In this document: positions 29,663-38,854 of the stretch, piece after piece
Layout: every line of letters starts with the position of its first letter
Position numbering within the stretch: the stretch's first letter is position 1
The notes under the pieces: model-generated
Told to the model about the DNA's origin: nothing
Databases searched by the model: none
The model's input: the letters and a program-made list of their open reading frames with translations, nothing else
NCBI GenBank assembly: GCA_046050405.1
Contig: JBJOPY010000035.1
Span: forward strand, 1 to 60,274
DNA from: Bacteroidota bacterium
Lineage (GTDB): Bacteria > Bacteroidota > Bacteroidia > J057 > JADKCL01
DNA: 60,274 nt
Reading direction: 5' to 3'
Made by a program: the position numbers and the translations under genes

Positions 29663-30508
29663 TCAACTCGCGGCCAGGCCAAGCTCCCCCAACAGCAGCG
29701 CAAAGTTCACGTCCTCGGCCAGTTCCTCCATGGCGGGGGCGCCAGCCTCCCGCGACGCGGCGAAAGCCTCCTCGTGGTACCTGAACAATGACCATTGGCC
29801 CTCCGAATACTCCAGACTCGTGAGGCTCTCCACCCAGTCCCCGCTGTTCAGGTAGGAGACATTGCCCTTGACCGTCGTGATGTCTCGGATCTCAGGCTTG
29901 TGAATGTGGCCAACCACCACGGCATCGTAGCCGTTCCCAATAGCCGCATTGGCGGCGACTTCCTCCCAGTGGTACTTTTTTTTGACGATGCCCTTGACCC
30001 AGCCCTTGATTTCCTTCGAGATATGGCGCGGACGGCCACCGAACCTGGCCAGGATCCAATTGAGCATCTTGTTCAGTCGGATGGCGCGGTCGTACCATCG
30101 GCCGCCCCACTTGGCGAGCCACTTGTGGTTCATGGACTGGTCAAACGCATCACCGTGAAACACCCAGACTTTCTTGCCGTTTTGCTCCAGCGTGACATGG
30201 TTCAGGATACTGAATCCGCCCAGCTGAAAGCCAAGGTAGCGGCGCATGAGTTCGTCATGGTTGCCGCAGATGTAGTCCACCCTTACCCCAGCCTTCAGAA
30301 GCTGGACGAAATGCTGGAGGATCGCGGTATGGCTCTTCGGCCAGAAACGCTTGCTAAACTGCCAGATGTCGATCAAGTCCCCGTTGAGGATCACCCGTTC
30401 CGGGGAGATGCTGCGCAGGTACTTCAGCAGCTCGTCCGCCCGGCACCCATGGGTGCCGAGGTGAACGTCTGACAAGACTACAAGGTCGATATTTCTTATT
30501 CCGGACAA
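29663..30508 (-). CDS. lpxH: UDP-2,3-diacylglucosamine diphosphatase (LpxH-family metallophosphoesterase)
   Basis: It has the metallophosphoesterase motifs SDVHLG, NGDLIDIW, GNHDE and FHGD. The sequence closely follows the Bacteroidota LpxH-type pattern. I propose a TTG start at 30508 (MSGIRNIDLVVLSDVHLG). The 5' 37 codons of the 318-aa ORF look non-coding. Confidence 0.8.
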   Translation of the reverse strand: MSGIRNIDLVVLSDVHLGTHGCRADELLKYLRSISPERVILNGDLIDIWQFSKRFWPKSHTAILQHFVQLLKAGVRVDYICGNHDELMRRYLGFQLGGFSILNHVTLEQNGKKVWVFHGDAFDQSMNHKWLAKWGGRWYDRAIRLNKMLNWILARFGGRPRHISKEIKGWVKGIVKKKYHWEEVAANAAIGNGYDAVVVGHIHKPEIRDITTVKGNVSYLNSGDWVESLTSLEYSEGQWSLFRYHEEAFAASREAGAPAMEELAEDVNFALLLGELGLAAS

Positions 30509-31109
30509 TCTGACTCCTGTTCTCAAGCCACACCCGCCTGGGCTGGGCGTGATCTTGTCTATCGGGTGTAAAAGTAGGGCAATATCGCAGGAATTGCCAC
30601 CGTTTTCAGGTGATTGCACAAGATTAACAACTCCTTAGCACCGCGATGAAATCCCAGGATTGCCATTGAGGGGAACGTCGAACCGCGACGAAGAATTATG
30701 AATGCTGGGCATGACCCAGGATTGCGCACTGTCCGAACACCAGCCCTGTTCCGAACCCGGCTGGAAATCCTGACCGAGGCAGTGGTGCGGGAACCCCTGC
30801 TGGTCGAAACAATCGCAAGAAATCTGTCCTCGGCCAAAAAATAAACCAAAAAGTCGTAAAAGGGTGCTAGTTATCGGGGAAATACCCCAAAAATGCCGAT
30901 CATTTCAAAGGAGAACCCTCGATTGTCCCTCTACAAAGTGGAATATCGTCTAACAACCATGATTTTTCTTCGGTGAACACCTGATATATTGGGGAATTAT
31001 ATCCCTATCCTTAATATCCAACAACTTTTTACATCATAAGAATAAATTTTATGGAGTTCAAAATTCCTTGGATCACTGAAAATTTCCGATTTTTCTCGAT
31101 ATTCATTTC

Positions 31110-31136
31110 TTGAATCCCGAGAATCGTCTAGTTTTG
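31110..31136 (+). promoter_or_regulatory. Candidate Bacteroidota-type promoter for glnN
   Basis: TTG-N16-TAGTTTTG sits within an AT-rich tract. The -7-like element ends 31 nt upstream of the glnN ATG. The spacer is slightly short for the consensus. Confidence 0.3.
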
Positions 31137-31167
31137 CCGCCATTATTGATCTCTTACCCCTAATAAA

Positions 31168-33354
31168 ATGGTGAATCTTCGTTCAAAGGCACTTCAAATG
31201 ATACAAGATCGGCTGCCGGCACCCCCTGCGAGCCATCCGAATCGGATCTCAGAGATATTTGGAGAGAATGTTTTCAACCAAGAGGTGATGAAGCAATACC
31301 TCACCAAGGAAGTTTACAAAGCACTCCAATCCGCAATTGACCATGGCGCGACCGTGGGGCGCGACATTGCGGAGAGCGTCGCCAATGGCATGAAAGCCTG
31401 GGCGATCGAGAAAGGTGCCACCCACTACACGCACTGGTTCCAACCATTGACGGGCCTGACCGCCGAGAAGCACGATTCGTTCCTGAAAATGGAAGGCACC
31501 AAGGCCGTGGAGGCGTTCTCGGGTGACAACCTGGTGCAGCAGGAGCCGGATGCCAGCTCACTTCCCAGCGGAGGGATCCGAAACACCTTCGAAGCACGCG
31601 GCTACACCGCCTGGGATCCAAGTTCGCCGGCCTTCATCTTCGAGACACCGTACGGAAAGACGCTCTGCATTCCGACGATTTTCGTTTCCTATACTGGGGA
31701 AGCCCTGGACTACAAGGTGCCATTGCTGAAAACCATCGAGGTGCTGAGCAAGGCGGCGGTGGATGTCTGCCATTTCTTTGACCGCAGTGTCAAGCGTGTC
31801 ACACCGACCCTGGGCATCGAGCAGGAGTATTTCCTCATCGACCGCACATGGGCCGACCTGCGTCCAGACCTGACGATGTGCGGCCGTGCCGTCATCGGCG
31901 CGCCGCCAGCACGCGGGCAGCAGCTAGAGGACCACTATTTCGGGTCGATTCCTGACCGGGTCTTTGCCTGCATGAAGGAGTTTGAGCTGGAAGCCTTCCG
32001 CATGGGCATCCCGCTGACCACCCGTCACAATGAAGTGGCCCCCAGCCAGTTCGAGTGTGCACCCATCTTCGAGGAGCTGAACGTGGCCATCGACCACAAC
32101 CTCTTGCTCATGGACTTGATCGACCGGGTGGCACGCAAGCACGACTTCCGTGTACTCTTCCACGAAAAACCATTCGCCTTCATCAATGGCAGTGGCAAGC
32201 ACAACAACTGGTCCATTGCCACGGATGCAGGGAAGAACCTTCTCTCACCCGGCAATGCGCCCAAGGACAACTTGCAGTTCCTGACCTTTTTCATCAACAT
32301 CATCAAGGCACTCCACGTGCATGCAGACCTGATGCGCGCCGTGGTCGCCAGTGCCGCGAACGACCATCGGCTCGGCGCAAACGAGGCTCCGCCTGCCATC
32401 ATCAGCACATTCATTGGCACACAGCTCTCCAAGGTTCTGGATGAAATGGAGAAGCCGAACCGGAGGAAAAACGCAGATGCCCCGAAAAACTATGTACGCC
32501 TGGGGATACCGAAGATTCCAGAGATCCTGCTGGACAATACCGACCGCAACCGCACCTCGCCCTTTGCCTTTACTGGCAACAAGTTCGAGTTCCGCGCCGT
32601 CGGGTCCAGTGCCAACAGCGCAGGCCCGATGATCGTCCTGAATGCCATCGTCGCCCACCAGCTCATCGAGTTCAAGAAGACGGTGGATCGCAAGGTGCTG
32701 CGCGGCAAGAAGAAGGATGCCGCCATCCTCGAAGTGCTCCGGGACTACATCAGGGAAAGCAAGGCGATCCGGTTCGAAGGCAACGGCTATAGCAAGGAAT
32801 GGGAAGAGGAGGCAGCAGCGCGTGGCTTGAGCAATGTCAAGCAGACGCCCCGTGCACTGGATGCCTATGTTTCCAAGCAATCGGTGGAGCTGTTCACCAC
32901 CCTTGGAATCTTCAAGCACCACGAATTGCATGCCCGCCATGAGATTCGCGTGGAGCAATACATCAAGAAAACCGCCATCGAGGCCCGTATCCAAGCCGAG
33001 ATGATCACCAGCTATGTGATCCCTGCCAGCATCTCCTACCAAAGCCTGGTGCTCGGAAACATCAATGCGATGAAGGCCGCCGGCCTGGAGCAGCATGCCT
33101 ACGAAGCCCAATTGCATATTGTCCGCAACATTGCCGATGAGATGGGGAAGGTTCACCAAAACGTGGCCAGGCTGAAGGAGCTGCTCCTCATGGCCGAAGA
33201 AGCCCATCCGCTGCGCGAGCAAGCCATCTTTTATGGGGACAGGATTGTTCCGTTGATGGCTGAGATTCGCTTGGGTGCGGATGCGCTCGAGGAGCTCGTG
33301 GCAGACGACCACTGGCCGCTGCCGAAGTACCGGGAGATGCTGTTTGCGAAGTAG
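31168..33354 (+). CDS. glnN: Glutamine synthetase type III
   Basis: 728 aa. The length and sequence (..ISEIFGENVFN..MKQYL.., THYTHWFQPLTG, ..NGSGKHNNWS..) are characteristic of GSIII from Bacteroidota and cyanobacteria. Confidence 0.95.
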   Translation: MVNLRSKALQMIQDRLPAPPASHPNRISEIFGENVFNQEVMKQYLTKEVYKALQSAIDHGATVGRDIAESVANGMKAWAIEKGATHYTHWFQPLTGLTAEKHDSFLKMEGTKAVEAFSGDNLVQQEPDASSLPSGGIRNTFEARGYTAWDPSSPAFIFETPYGKTLCIPTIFVSYTGEALDYKVPLLKTIEVLSKAAVDVCHFFDRSVKRVTPTLGIEQEYFLIDRTWADLRPDLTMCGRAVIGAPPARGQQLEDHYFGSIPDRVFACMKEFELEAFRMGIPLTTRHNEVAPSQFECAPIFEELNVAIDHNLLLMDLIDRVARKHDFRVLFHEKPFAFINGSGKHNNWSIATDAGKNLLSPGNAPKDNLQFLTFFINIIKALHVHADLMRAVVASAANDHRLGANEAPPAIISTFIGTQLSKVLDEMEKPNRRKNADAPKNYVRLGIPKIPEILLDNTDRNRTSPFAFTGNKFEFRAVGSSANSAGPMIVLNAIVAHQLIEFKKTVDRKVLRGKKKDAAILEVLRDYIRESKAIRFEGNGYSKEWEEEAAARGLSNVKQTPRALDAYVSKQSVELFTTLGIFKHHELHARHEIRVEQYIKKTAIEARIQAEMITSYVIPASISYQSLVLGNINAMKAAGLEQHAYEAQLHIVRNIADEMGKVHQNVARLKELLLMAEEAHPLREQAIFYGDRIVPLMAEIRLGADALEELVADDHWPLPKYREMLFAK

Positions 33355-33374
33355 TGCGGGCAACCAGGACTGTC

Positions 33375-33406
33375 GAAAAGGGAGAGGCCGAGGCCTCTCC
33401 CTTTTC
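33375..33406 (+). terminator. Perfect 14-bp GC-rich hairpin immediately after glnN (probable intrinsic terminator)
   Basis: GAAAAGGGAGAGGC-cgag-GCCTCTCCCTTTTC starts 21 nt after the glnN stop. The 3' arm ends in a short T-run (CTTTTC). Confidence 0.55.
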
Positions 33407-33506
33407 ATGAATGGATCACGTCATGGACAGTGGGTATGCGGGATCCGATGGCCGGATCCACCCTATCGCCCCGGTGTTCCGGGCTCCGCATCCACCTAGG
33501 CTGCAC

Positions 33507-33830
33507 CTACAGGCCGCAAAATAACCCCATGAGCAAGCCCATGTCCCCGCCGATCACCCTTCCTTGAGGAACCACCTGGGTCAGCAGGATGAGGGGCACC
33601 ATCAGGAAGAAGAAATGGATGTGTGGATCCCCCGCTCGACGGCATGGCAGTAGAAGTCGTTGGCGGCGAGCAGAAAGCAGGGCAAGGTCGCCCCAATGAG
33701 CGGTGGCTAGAAGTATTCCAAGTAAGTGAAATCCCAGTTTTGTAGCTACAGAGCGCACTTTTGCAGGGGAGGTGTACGCGATGGAGGATTGAAGGTGAAC
33801 CGCATGGCCGGATAGGCCCGTCAGGGTCAT
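33507..33830 (-). CDS. Hypothetical small membrane protein (weak call)
   Basis: The ATG at 33830 gives 107 aa with three hydrophobic segments (LGFHLLGILLATAHWGDLALLSA, HIHFFFLMVPLILLTQVV, IGGDMGLLMGLFCGL). Only the 3' half has GC-rich third positions. I recognise no family. Confidence 0.3.
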   Translation of the reverse strand: MTLTGLSGHAVHLQSSIAYTSPAKVRSVATKLGFHLLGILLATAHWGDLALLSARRQRLLLPCRRAGDPHIHFFFLMVPLILLTQVVPQGRVIGGDMGLLMGLFCGL

Positions 33831-33911
33831 GGGAAAGGACTGGATTCGTATTGGGCGACAATCTGTCGTGATAGATGATCTGCCCAAAAGGCAGCAGGTG
33901 CTGCACGGAGC

Positions 33912-34286
33912 CTACCAAGCCTGTGGGACCTTGACTGTAACGGCATCTCCCCAGAGGCCCTCGATGTCATAGAACCGACGCTTATCTTCCAGGAAGATAT
34001 GAACCACGACATTGACATAGTCCATCAAAATCCACTCCCCCTTCGAGCGGCCCTCGATGTTGATCGGCTTGTCATTCCATTTTACGCGCACCTCTTCCCA
34101 GACGGTATCGCCCAGAGCCTGTACATGCTTGTCGGAGGTTCCCGAGCAGATCACGAAATAGTCGGAGATGGCACCGCGAACCTTGCGCAAATCCATCACC
34201 ACGATGCTGAGTCCTTTTTTGTCTTGCAGCCCCTGTACCACTGCATCGGCGAGTTGTTTGGCTGTTACCACTGTACTAGGCTTCAT
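33912..34286 (-). CDS. rsfS: Ribosome silencing factor RsfS (iojap-like)
   Basis: 124 aa. The sequence ..DYFVICSGTSDKHVQAL.. and ..WILMDYVNVVVHIFLEDKRRFYDIEGLW is the conserved RsfS core. Confidence 0.92.
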   Translation of the reverse strand: MKPSTVVTAKQLADAVVQGLQDKKGLSIVVMDLRKVRGAISDYFVICSGTSDKHVQALGDTVWEEVRVKWNDKPINIEGRSKGEWILMDYVNVVVHIFLEDKRRFYDIEGLWGDAVTVKVPQAW

Positions 34287-34326
34287 TCAAATCCGTTAAC
34301 TTTCCCCAAAACTAAGAAGTTCTGGA

Positions 34327-35082
34327 TTGAATACGCTTTTCGTCGGGAAGAATTTTGTATCGCTGGGCATGGTGGACTCCACCAACACCTTCGCGAACCA
34401 GCTTCTGGAAATCAACCCGGCGGAGGGTACGGTGGTCATTGCGCAGCACCAAACCGCCGGCAAGGGCCAGCAAGGCAGCACTTGGTCTGCTGAGCCCAGC
34501 CTGAACCTGACCTTTTCTTTGATCCTCTATCCCCGGTTCCTGGCACCCCGGCAGATCTTTCTGCTGAACAAGCTGATCGCATGCGCGCTGTGGGACACCT
34601 TGGCAGCCATGCTGCCGGAAGGCGGGGTGGAAATCAAATGGCCAAACGACATCCTCGCCCGCCGCCGCAAGATTGCAGGCATCCTGATCGAGACGAGCTT
34701 GGACAGGGATTCCATCCGTTCTGCCATTATCGGAATCGGCTTGAATGTAAACCAGATGACATTCAGCGGGCAGCTCCACGGGGCTGCGACCTCCATGGCG
34801 CTGCAGGCGGGCAAGACCTTTGACGCCCAGGCAGTGCTTTCGGATTTGCTGGAGCGGATCGAGGCGAGGTATCTTGCGATCCGGGCCGGGCGGCATGAAG
34901 GCGTGGAGCGTGCCTACCTGGAGCGCCTGTACGCCTATCAGGAGGATACATTGATCGAAATCGCCGGGCAACGCCTCACGGTGCATGTGGTCGGCATCGA
35001 TCCTGACGGTCGCTTGGCCGTGCAGAGAGATGGAAAATTGTATTTTTACGGAGTGAAGGAAATCAGATTCTGCCTCGCGTGA
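34327..35082 (+). CDS. birA: Biotin--[acetyl-CoA-carboxylase] ligase (no HTH domain)
   Basis: 251 aa with a TTG start. It has ..VDSTNTFA.., the biotin-binding loop AGKGQQGSTW, and ..KWPNDIL...RKIAGILIE. Confidence 0.88.
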   Translation: MNTLFVGKNFVSLGMVDSTNTFANQLLEINPAEGTVVIAQHQTAGKGQQGSTWSAEPSLNLTFSLILYPRFLAPRQIFLLNKLIACALWDTLAAMLPEGGVEIKWPNDILARRRKIAGILIETSLDRDSIRSAIIGIGLNVNQMTFSGQLHGAATSMALQAGKTFDAQAVLSDLLERIEARYLAIRAGRHEGVERAYLERLYAYQEDTLIEIAGQRLTVHVVGIDPDGRLAVQRDGKLYFYGVKEIRFCLA

Positions 35083-35828
35083 ACGTCGTCGTGGATATCG
35101 GCAACAGCCGCGTGAAAGTGGGCTATTTTGAGGGGCGGAGGTTGGTCGATGCCACGGTGCACCTCCATGAGGATTATCCCCGGGAAGTCTTGGAATCCGC
35201 CCCATGGCAGGCTTATTCCCCCCGTGCAGAATATCTCGGCCTCGCCCACGTGGGGAATGATGCGCTGTACAGGGCCACCCTCCACCTGCGGTCGATCCAG
35301 CCCGGGCTTCAGCTTCGCGCCATTGACCAGCATACACCGACACCCTTCGGGAACCGGTATCAAACGCCGGGCTCCCTGGGCATGGATCGGATTTGCGCCA
35401 CGGTCGCGGGTTTCGAGCGTGCCGGGACAGGCCCCGTCCTCGTCATCAATGCGGGAACCGCATTGACCTTCGACTATGTGGACGAGGCGAACGACTACCT
35501 GGGTGGAGCCATATCCCCGGGATTGCAAACCCGCTTCAGGGCATTGCACGACTATACGGCGGCACTTCCGCTGCTGTCCCTGGAGGGCAGGCTCCAGTGG
35601 GTGGGAGACTCCACGGACACCTGCATCCGCTCCGGCGTGGTACATGGGATGGTGCTGGAGATGGAAGGCTTCATCACCCGTTATGCCCGGCTTTCCCGCA
35701 AGCCTCTCCAAGTTTACTTGACCGGGGGCGATGCTGGGTTTTTGGGAAATCATGTGAAAAACATCACCTTTGTCGATTCAAATTTGGTGCTGTACGGCAT
35801 CAATACCCTTATCATTGATCATGCATAG
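35079..35828 (+). CDS. coaX: Type III pantothenate kinase
   Basis: 249 aa. The GTG start overlaps the birA stop. It has the motifs VVDIGNSRVK, GMDR and INAGTALTFD. Confidence 0.9.
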   Translation: MNVVVDIGNSRVKVGYFEGRRLVDATVHLHEDYPREVLESAPWQAYSPRAEYLGLAHVGNDALYRATLHLRSIQPGLQLRAIDQHTPTPFGNRYQTPGSLGMDRICATVAGFERAGTGPVLVINAGTALTFDYVDEANDYLGGAISPGLQTRFRALHDYTAALPLLSLEGRLQWVGDSTDTCIRSGVVHGMVLEMEGFITRYARLSRKPLQVYLTGGDAGFLGNHVKNITFVDSNLVLYGINTLIIDHA

Positions 35829-37512
35829 AAGAATTGCGCTGCTCTCATTCTCCCTTTGCTGGATGGCAATGGCAGCCCATTCGCAGATTGTCGTCTCTCC
35901 GTACTCGCATTACGGCATCGGAGACATCTTCAGCACCTGCGGTGCGCGCAGTTTCGGAATGGGACGCATCGGCATAGGGGCATACGATCAGGCATCGATC
36001 AATCGGCTGAACCCCGCTTCTTACGCGGACCTGCGATTGACGACATTCGACTTCAACGGCTTTGTAACCTATGGCAGCCATAACAGCAGCCGCAACCAGC
36101 AGTCAGTGGGTACCGCAGGGTTCCACAATGTGCAGCTGGGCTTCAGCAACCGCAAGGGCTTCGCCATCGTGGCTGGAATCGCACCCTACTCCACCCTGGG
36201 TTATGAGGTGCGCGTGCGTGACTCTGTGCTGGCCGACACCACCTACAAGCCTTATACCGCCATCTATTCCTCCAGCGGCGGCCTGAATCAGCTTTACCTG
36301 GGATTTGGCGTCCGCTTCCTGAAACGGGTGCAGGCAGGCATCAACCTTCAGTATGCCTTCGGGACCAACCAATTCCAATACGATACCGACTTCGACGATG
36401 GAAGCATCTCTACAGGGTCATCCCTGAAGACCCTGCAATTGAAGGGAACCTCCCCGCAGCTCGGGCTGCAATACGGAGACACTATCGAGATCAAGACACA
36501 GGTTCCAAGGTCCAGGGAGATCAGGCGCCAGGTCGAAGAGCTGGAAAACGAGCAGGAAGACCTGGTATCGGAGGCAGAGGAACTGAATAAAGGGGGAGCC
36601 AAGCTGGATGGCTGGGAGGCTGGGAAGCAAGCCAAGATCGAGGCCCTGGACAAGGAAAGGAGCGTCCTGGAAGCAGCGGTGAAGGATCTGATGACCGACG
36701 AGCGCAAAAATGCGAAGGAAATCGGCAATCTCCAGGACAAGATCTACCGGCATGACAAGATGAAAAACAAGCTCTCCAGGGAAGTCAAAGCACGCCGCAA
36801 GGAAAACACCGAAGCCATCGCCAAAACCGCTGTCAGACTGGATCGGGTCGCCCAGCGCATCGCCACGCTGGAAAAGGAGGGGAAAGAGATTGAGGCAGGC
36901 AGAAAGGAATCGGTCGTTACCAAGACACAGCGATATCTGGTGCGCCTAGGCACGACCTATGATGCCGGATTTGGGTTGAGGGGCACGCAGCTCTTCCGCT
37001 ATTCCAACACTGGAATTCAAGATACGCTCACCACCGACACAGGCCTCGTGAGGCTTCCCATGAAGCTTGGATTCGGACTTTCAATTTCCAAGCCCAACAA
37101 ATGGATGCTCGGTGCGGATGTCAGCCTGCAGGATTGGAGCAAGTTCAGCCTCTTCGGCCAGACGAGCACCTTGCACAGTGCCATCGGGTTCAATGTCGGT
37201 GGCGAATGGATTCCCGAACTCACCTCGAACAGGTTTGCACGCAAGACGGCCTATCGCATCGGCGGTTTCTACAATGCCTCTTTCCTTACGCTGTACGGGA
37301 ATCCAATCAAGGAAATCGGCATCACCGCCGGCATCGGTTTGCCGATCGGTGTTTACAATCCAGTCGGCCAAAGCCACTCCCGGATCAATCTGGGCGTCAA
37401 CCTCAGCCGGAAGGGAACCCTGGAGGACAACCTGCTCCGCGAGTTGGCCATCCAATTCAGGCTTGGCGTGAATCTGAATGACATCTGGTTCATCAAGCGG
37501 CGGATCGATTAG
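35821..37512 (+). CDS. Putative outer-membrane beta-barrel protein with a long internal coiled-coil insertion
   Basis: The ATG at 35821 overlaps the coaX stop by 8 nt. The signal peptide is MHRRIALLSFSLCWMAMAAHSQ. The N- and C-terminal thirds show alternating aromatic/glycine beta-strand patterns, and the protein ends in ..LGVNLNDIWFIKRRID. The centre is highly charged heptad-like sequence. Confidence 0.7.
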   Translation: MHRRIALLSFSLCWMAMAAHSQIVVSPYSHYGIGDIFSTCGARSFGMGRIGIGAYDQASINRLNPASYADLRLTTFDFNGFVTYGSHNSSRNQQSVGTAGFHNVQLGFSNRKGFAIVAGIAPYSTLGYEVRVRDSVLADTTYKPYTAIYSSSGGLNQLYLGFGVRFLKRVQAGINLQYAFGTNQFQYDTDFDDGSISTGSSLKTLQLKGTSPQLGLQYGDTIEIKTQVPRSREIRRQVEELENEQEDLVSEAEELNKGGAKLDGWEAGKQAKIEALDKERSVLEAAVKDLMTDERKNAKEIGNLQDKIYRHDKMKNKLSREVKARRKENTEAIAKTAVRLDRVAQRIATLEKEGKEIEAGRKESVVTKTQRYLVRLGTTYDAGFGLRGTQLFRYSNTGIQDTLTTDTGLVRLPMKLGFGLSISKPNKWMLGADVSLQDWSKFSLFGQTSTLHSAIGFNVGGEWIPELTSNRFARKTAYRIGGFYNASFLTLYGNPIKEIGITAGIGLPIGVYNPVGQSHSRINLGVNLSRKGTLEDNLLRELAIQFRLGVNLNDIWFIKRRID

Positions 37513-37560
37513 GAGCGTTCAGGGGGCGGCAACTGATCCCACAACCCTGTATTTTTGTGC

Positions 37561-38838
37561 ATGGCCATGAATTTTCCTTGGGGAGGCTGGGGCAGGCTGC
37601 TCATCTGTTGCAGCCTGGCGTTTCCCATGGCCGGCATGGCCCAGACAAATGTCTCCGCATTGCTTACAGGCATCGAGTCCGCAACGGACCGCTCTCAGGC
37701 ACAGAACCTGCTGAATCAACTTTGGCTGCTGGACAGCACGAAAACGTACCTTCAGGCGGAGACCATCCAGCGCCACTGGGAGGAATCCGGAGGCGGCATC
37801 ACCCGAACCCAAGCCGATACCTTGATGCGCATTTACGCAATCGGGTGCAAGCATGATCCTCACGGATCCGGAAAATGGCTGCTGCTGCGCGCACGGCTGG
37901 CCCTCAGCCAGCCCGATCTCCATCCAAGGCAGACCCTCGGCCTGATGATGGAGGCCATCGCGCTAGCACCGCGCGAGACCCCGCCTTTCCTGTACACTGA
38001 GGCTGGTCATCTCCTCGCCAGAGAATACAAGTCCATTAACCTGTCCCTGAATGCCGCAGCAAAAGATTGGGTCACGCTGGACCGGGCACTCCTGGAACGC
38101 AAGGTCAGCGATCCGCAAGGGGCTGCGGAATGGGCAAGGATCCAGGAGCAGCTCACCCTGGAAATGCGGTCATGTTTTCCGGATTGCAGACAGCTTCAGG
38201 GGGATTTCTCCGAAGCGATCGGCCAAGGCAATCTTCCGCCCGATGCTTGTGAAACCTTTCTGGTGATTTGCAGCCTGCAAGGCTGCGATGAGTCCCAGGC
38301 ATGGGAAGAGGCCCTGCAGTGTGCCTTGAAAGCAGGCGAAAATCCTTGGCTGCATCGTCTGGCAGGAGCCGAAGCGTTCAACCGTGGGCAGATTGCACGC
38401 AGCAGGACGCATTGGCAAAAAGCCTGCAGCCTGGAGGTCGCGCTGCCACTCCAGGCCAGCGACCAGTTGCAGATCGCGGCGACCTACCAGCAGGAGAAGG
38501 ACTTTCGCGAAGCCCGGTCATGCATTCAGGCTGCGATGGACAGGCAGCCGGGCTGGGGAGTACCGTACCTGCAGCTGATGGACCTCTACCTGGCCGGAAG
38601 CGAGACATGCAAAATGTCGGCTTTTGAGCGCAAAGCCCTCCATTGGCTGCTGATCGATCTTTGCCTGAAGCTCAGTGCGATCGATGAAAGCTGTTCCATG
38701 GAAGCAAATCAACGCTACTATGCCTATCTGAAAGCATGCCCGACGAAAGAGGAGGCGGCTTTCTACGGATGGAAGGCGGGTGATACCTATCCCCTGAAGT
38801 GCTGGATGAGTACCGCGACTACAGTTCGCCTTCCCTAG
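37561..38838 (+). CDS. Hypothetical secreted helical-repeat protein
   Basis: The ATG at 37561 gives a signal-like N-terminus (MAMNFPWGGWGRLLICCSLAFPMAGMAQ). The protein is helix-rich and Leu/Ala/Gln-rich (TPR-like impression). I recognise no family. Confidence 0.6.
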   Translation: MAMNFPWGGWGRLLICCSLAFPMAGMAQTNVSALLTGIESATDRSQAQNLLNQLWLLDSTKTYLQAETIQRHWEESGGGITRTQADTLMRIYAIGCKHDPHGSGKWLLLRARLALSQPDLHPRQTLGLMMEAIALAPRETPPFLYTEAGHLLAREYKSINLSLNAAAKDWVTLDRALLERKVSDPQGAAEWARIQEQLTLEMRSCFPDCRQLQGDFSEAIGQGNLPPDACETFLVICSLQGCDESQAWEEALQCALKAGENPWLHRLAGAEAFNRGQIARSRTHWQKACSLEVALPLQASDQLQIAATYQQEKDFREARSCIQAAMDRQPGWGVPYLQLMDLYLAGSETCKMSAFERKALHWLLIDLCLKLSAIDESCSMEANQRYYAYLKACPTKEEAAFYGWKAGDTYPLKCWMSTATTVRLP

Positions 38839-38854
38839 GGGCGGGAGGATAGGG

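Noticed and set aside
30559-30849. A 96-aa minus-strand ORF lies upstream of the lpxH-like gene.
   Set aside because: It has Arg/Ser-rich junk composition, overlaps the discarded 5' extension of the lpxH-like ORF, and has no motif.
32245-33408. A 387-aa minus-strand ORF lies inside glnN.
   Set aside because: It is an antisense shadow of an unambiguous GSIII gene.
34312-35343. A 343-aa minus-strand ORF lies opposite birA and coaX.
   Set aside because: It is an antisense shadow crossing two well-supported plus-strand genes.
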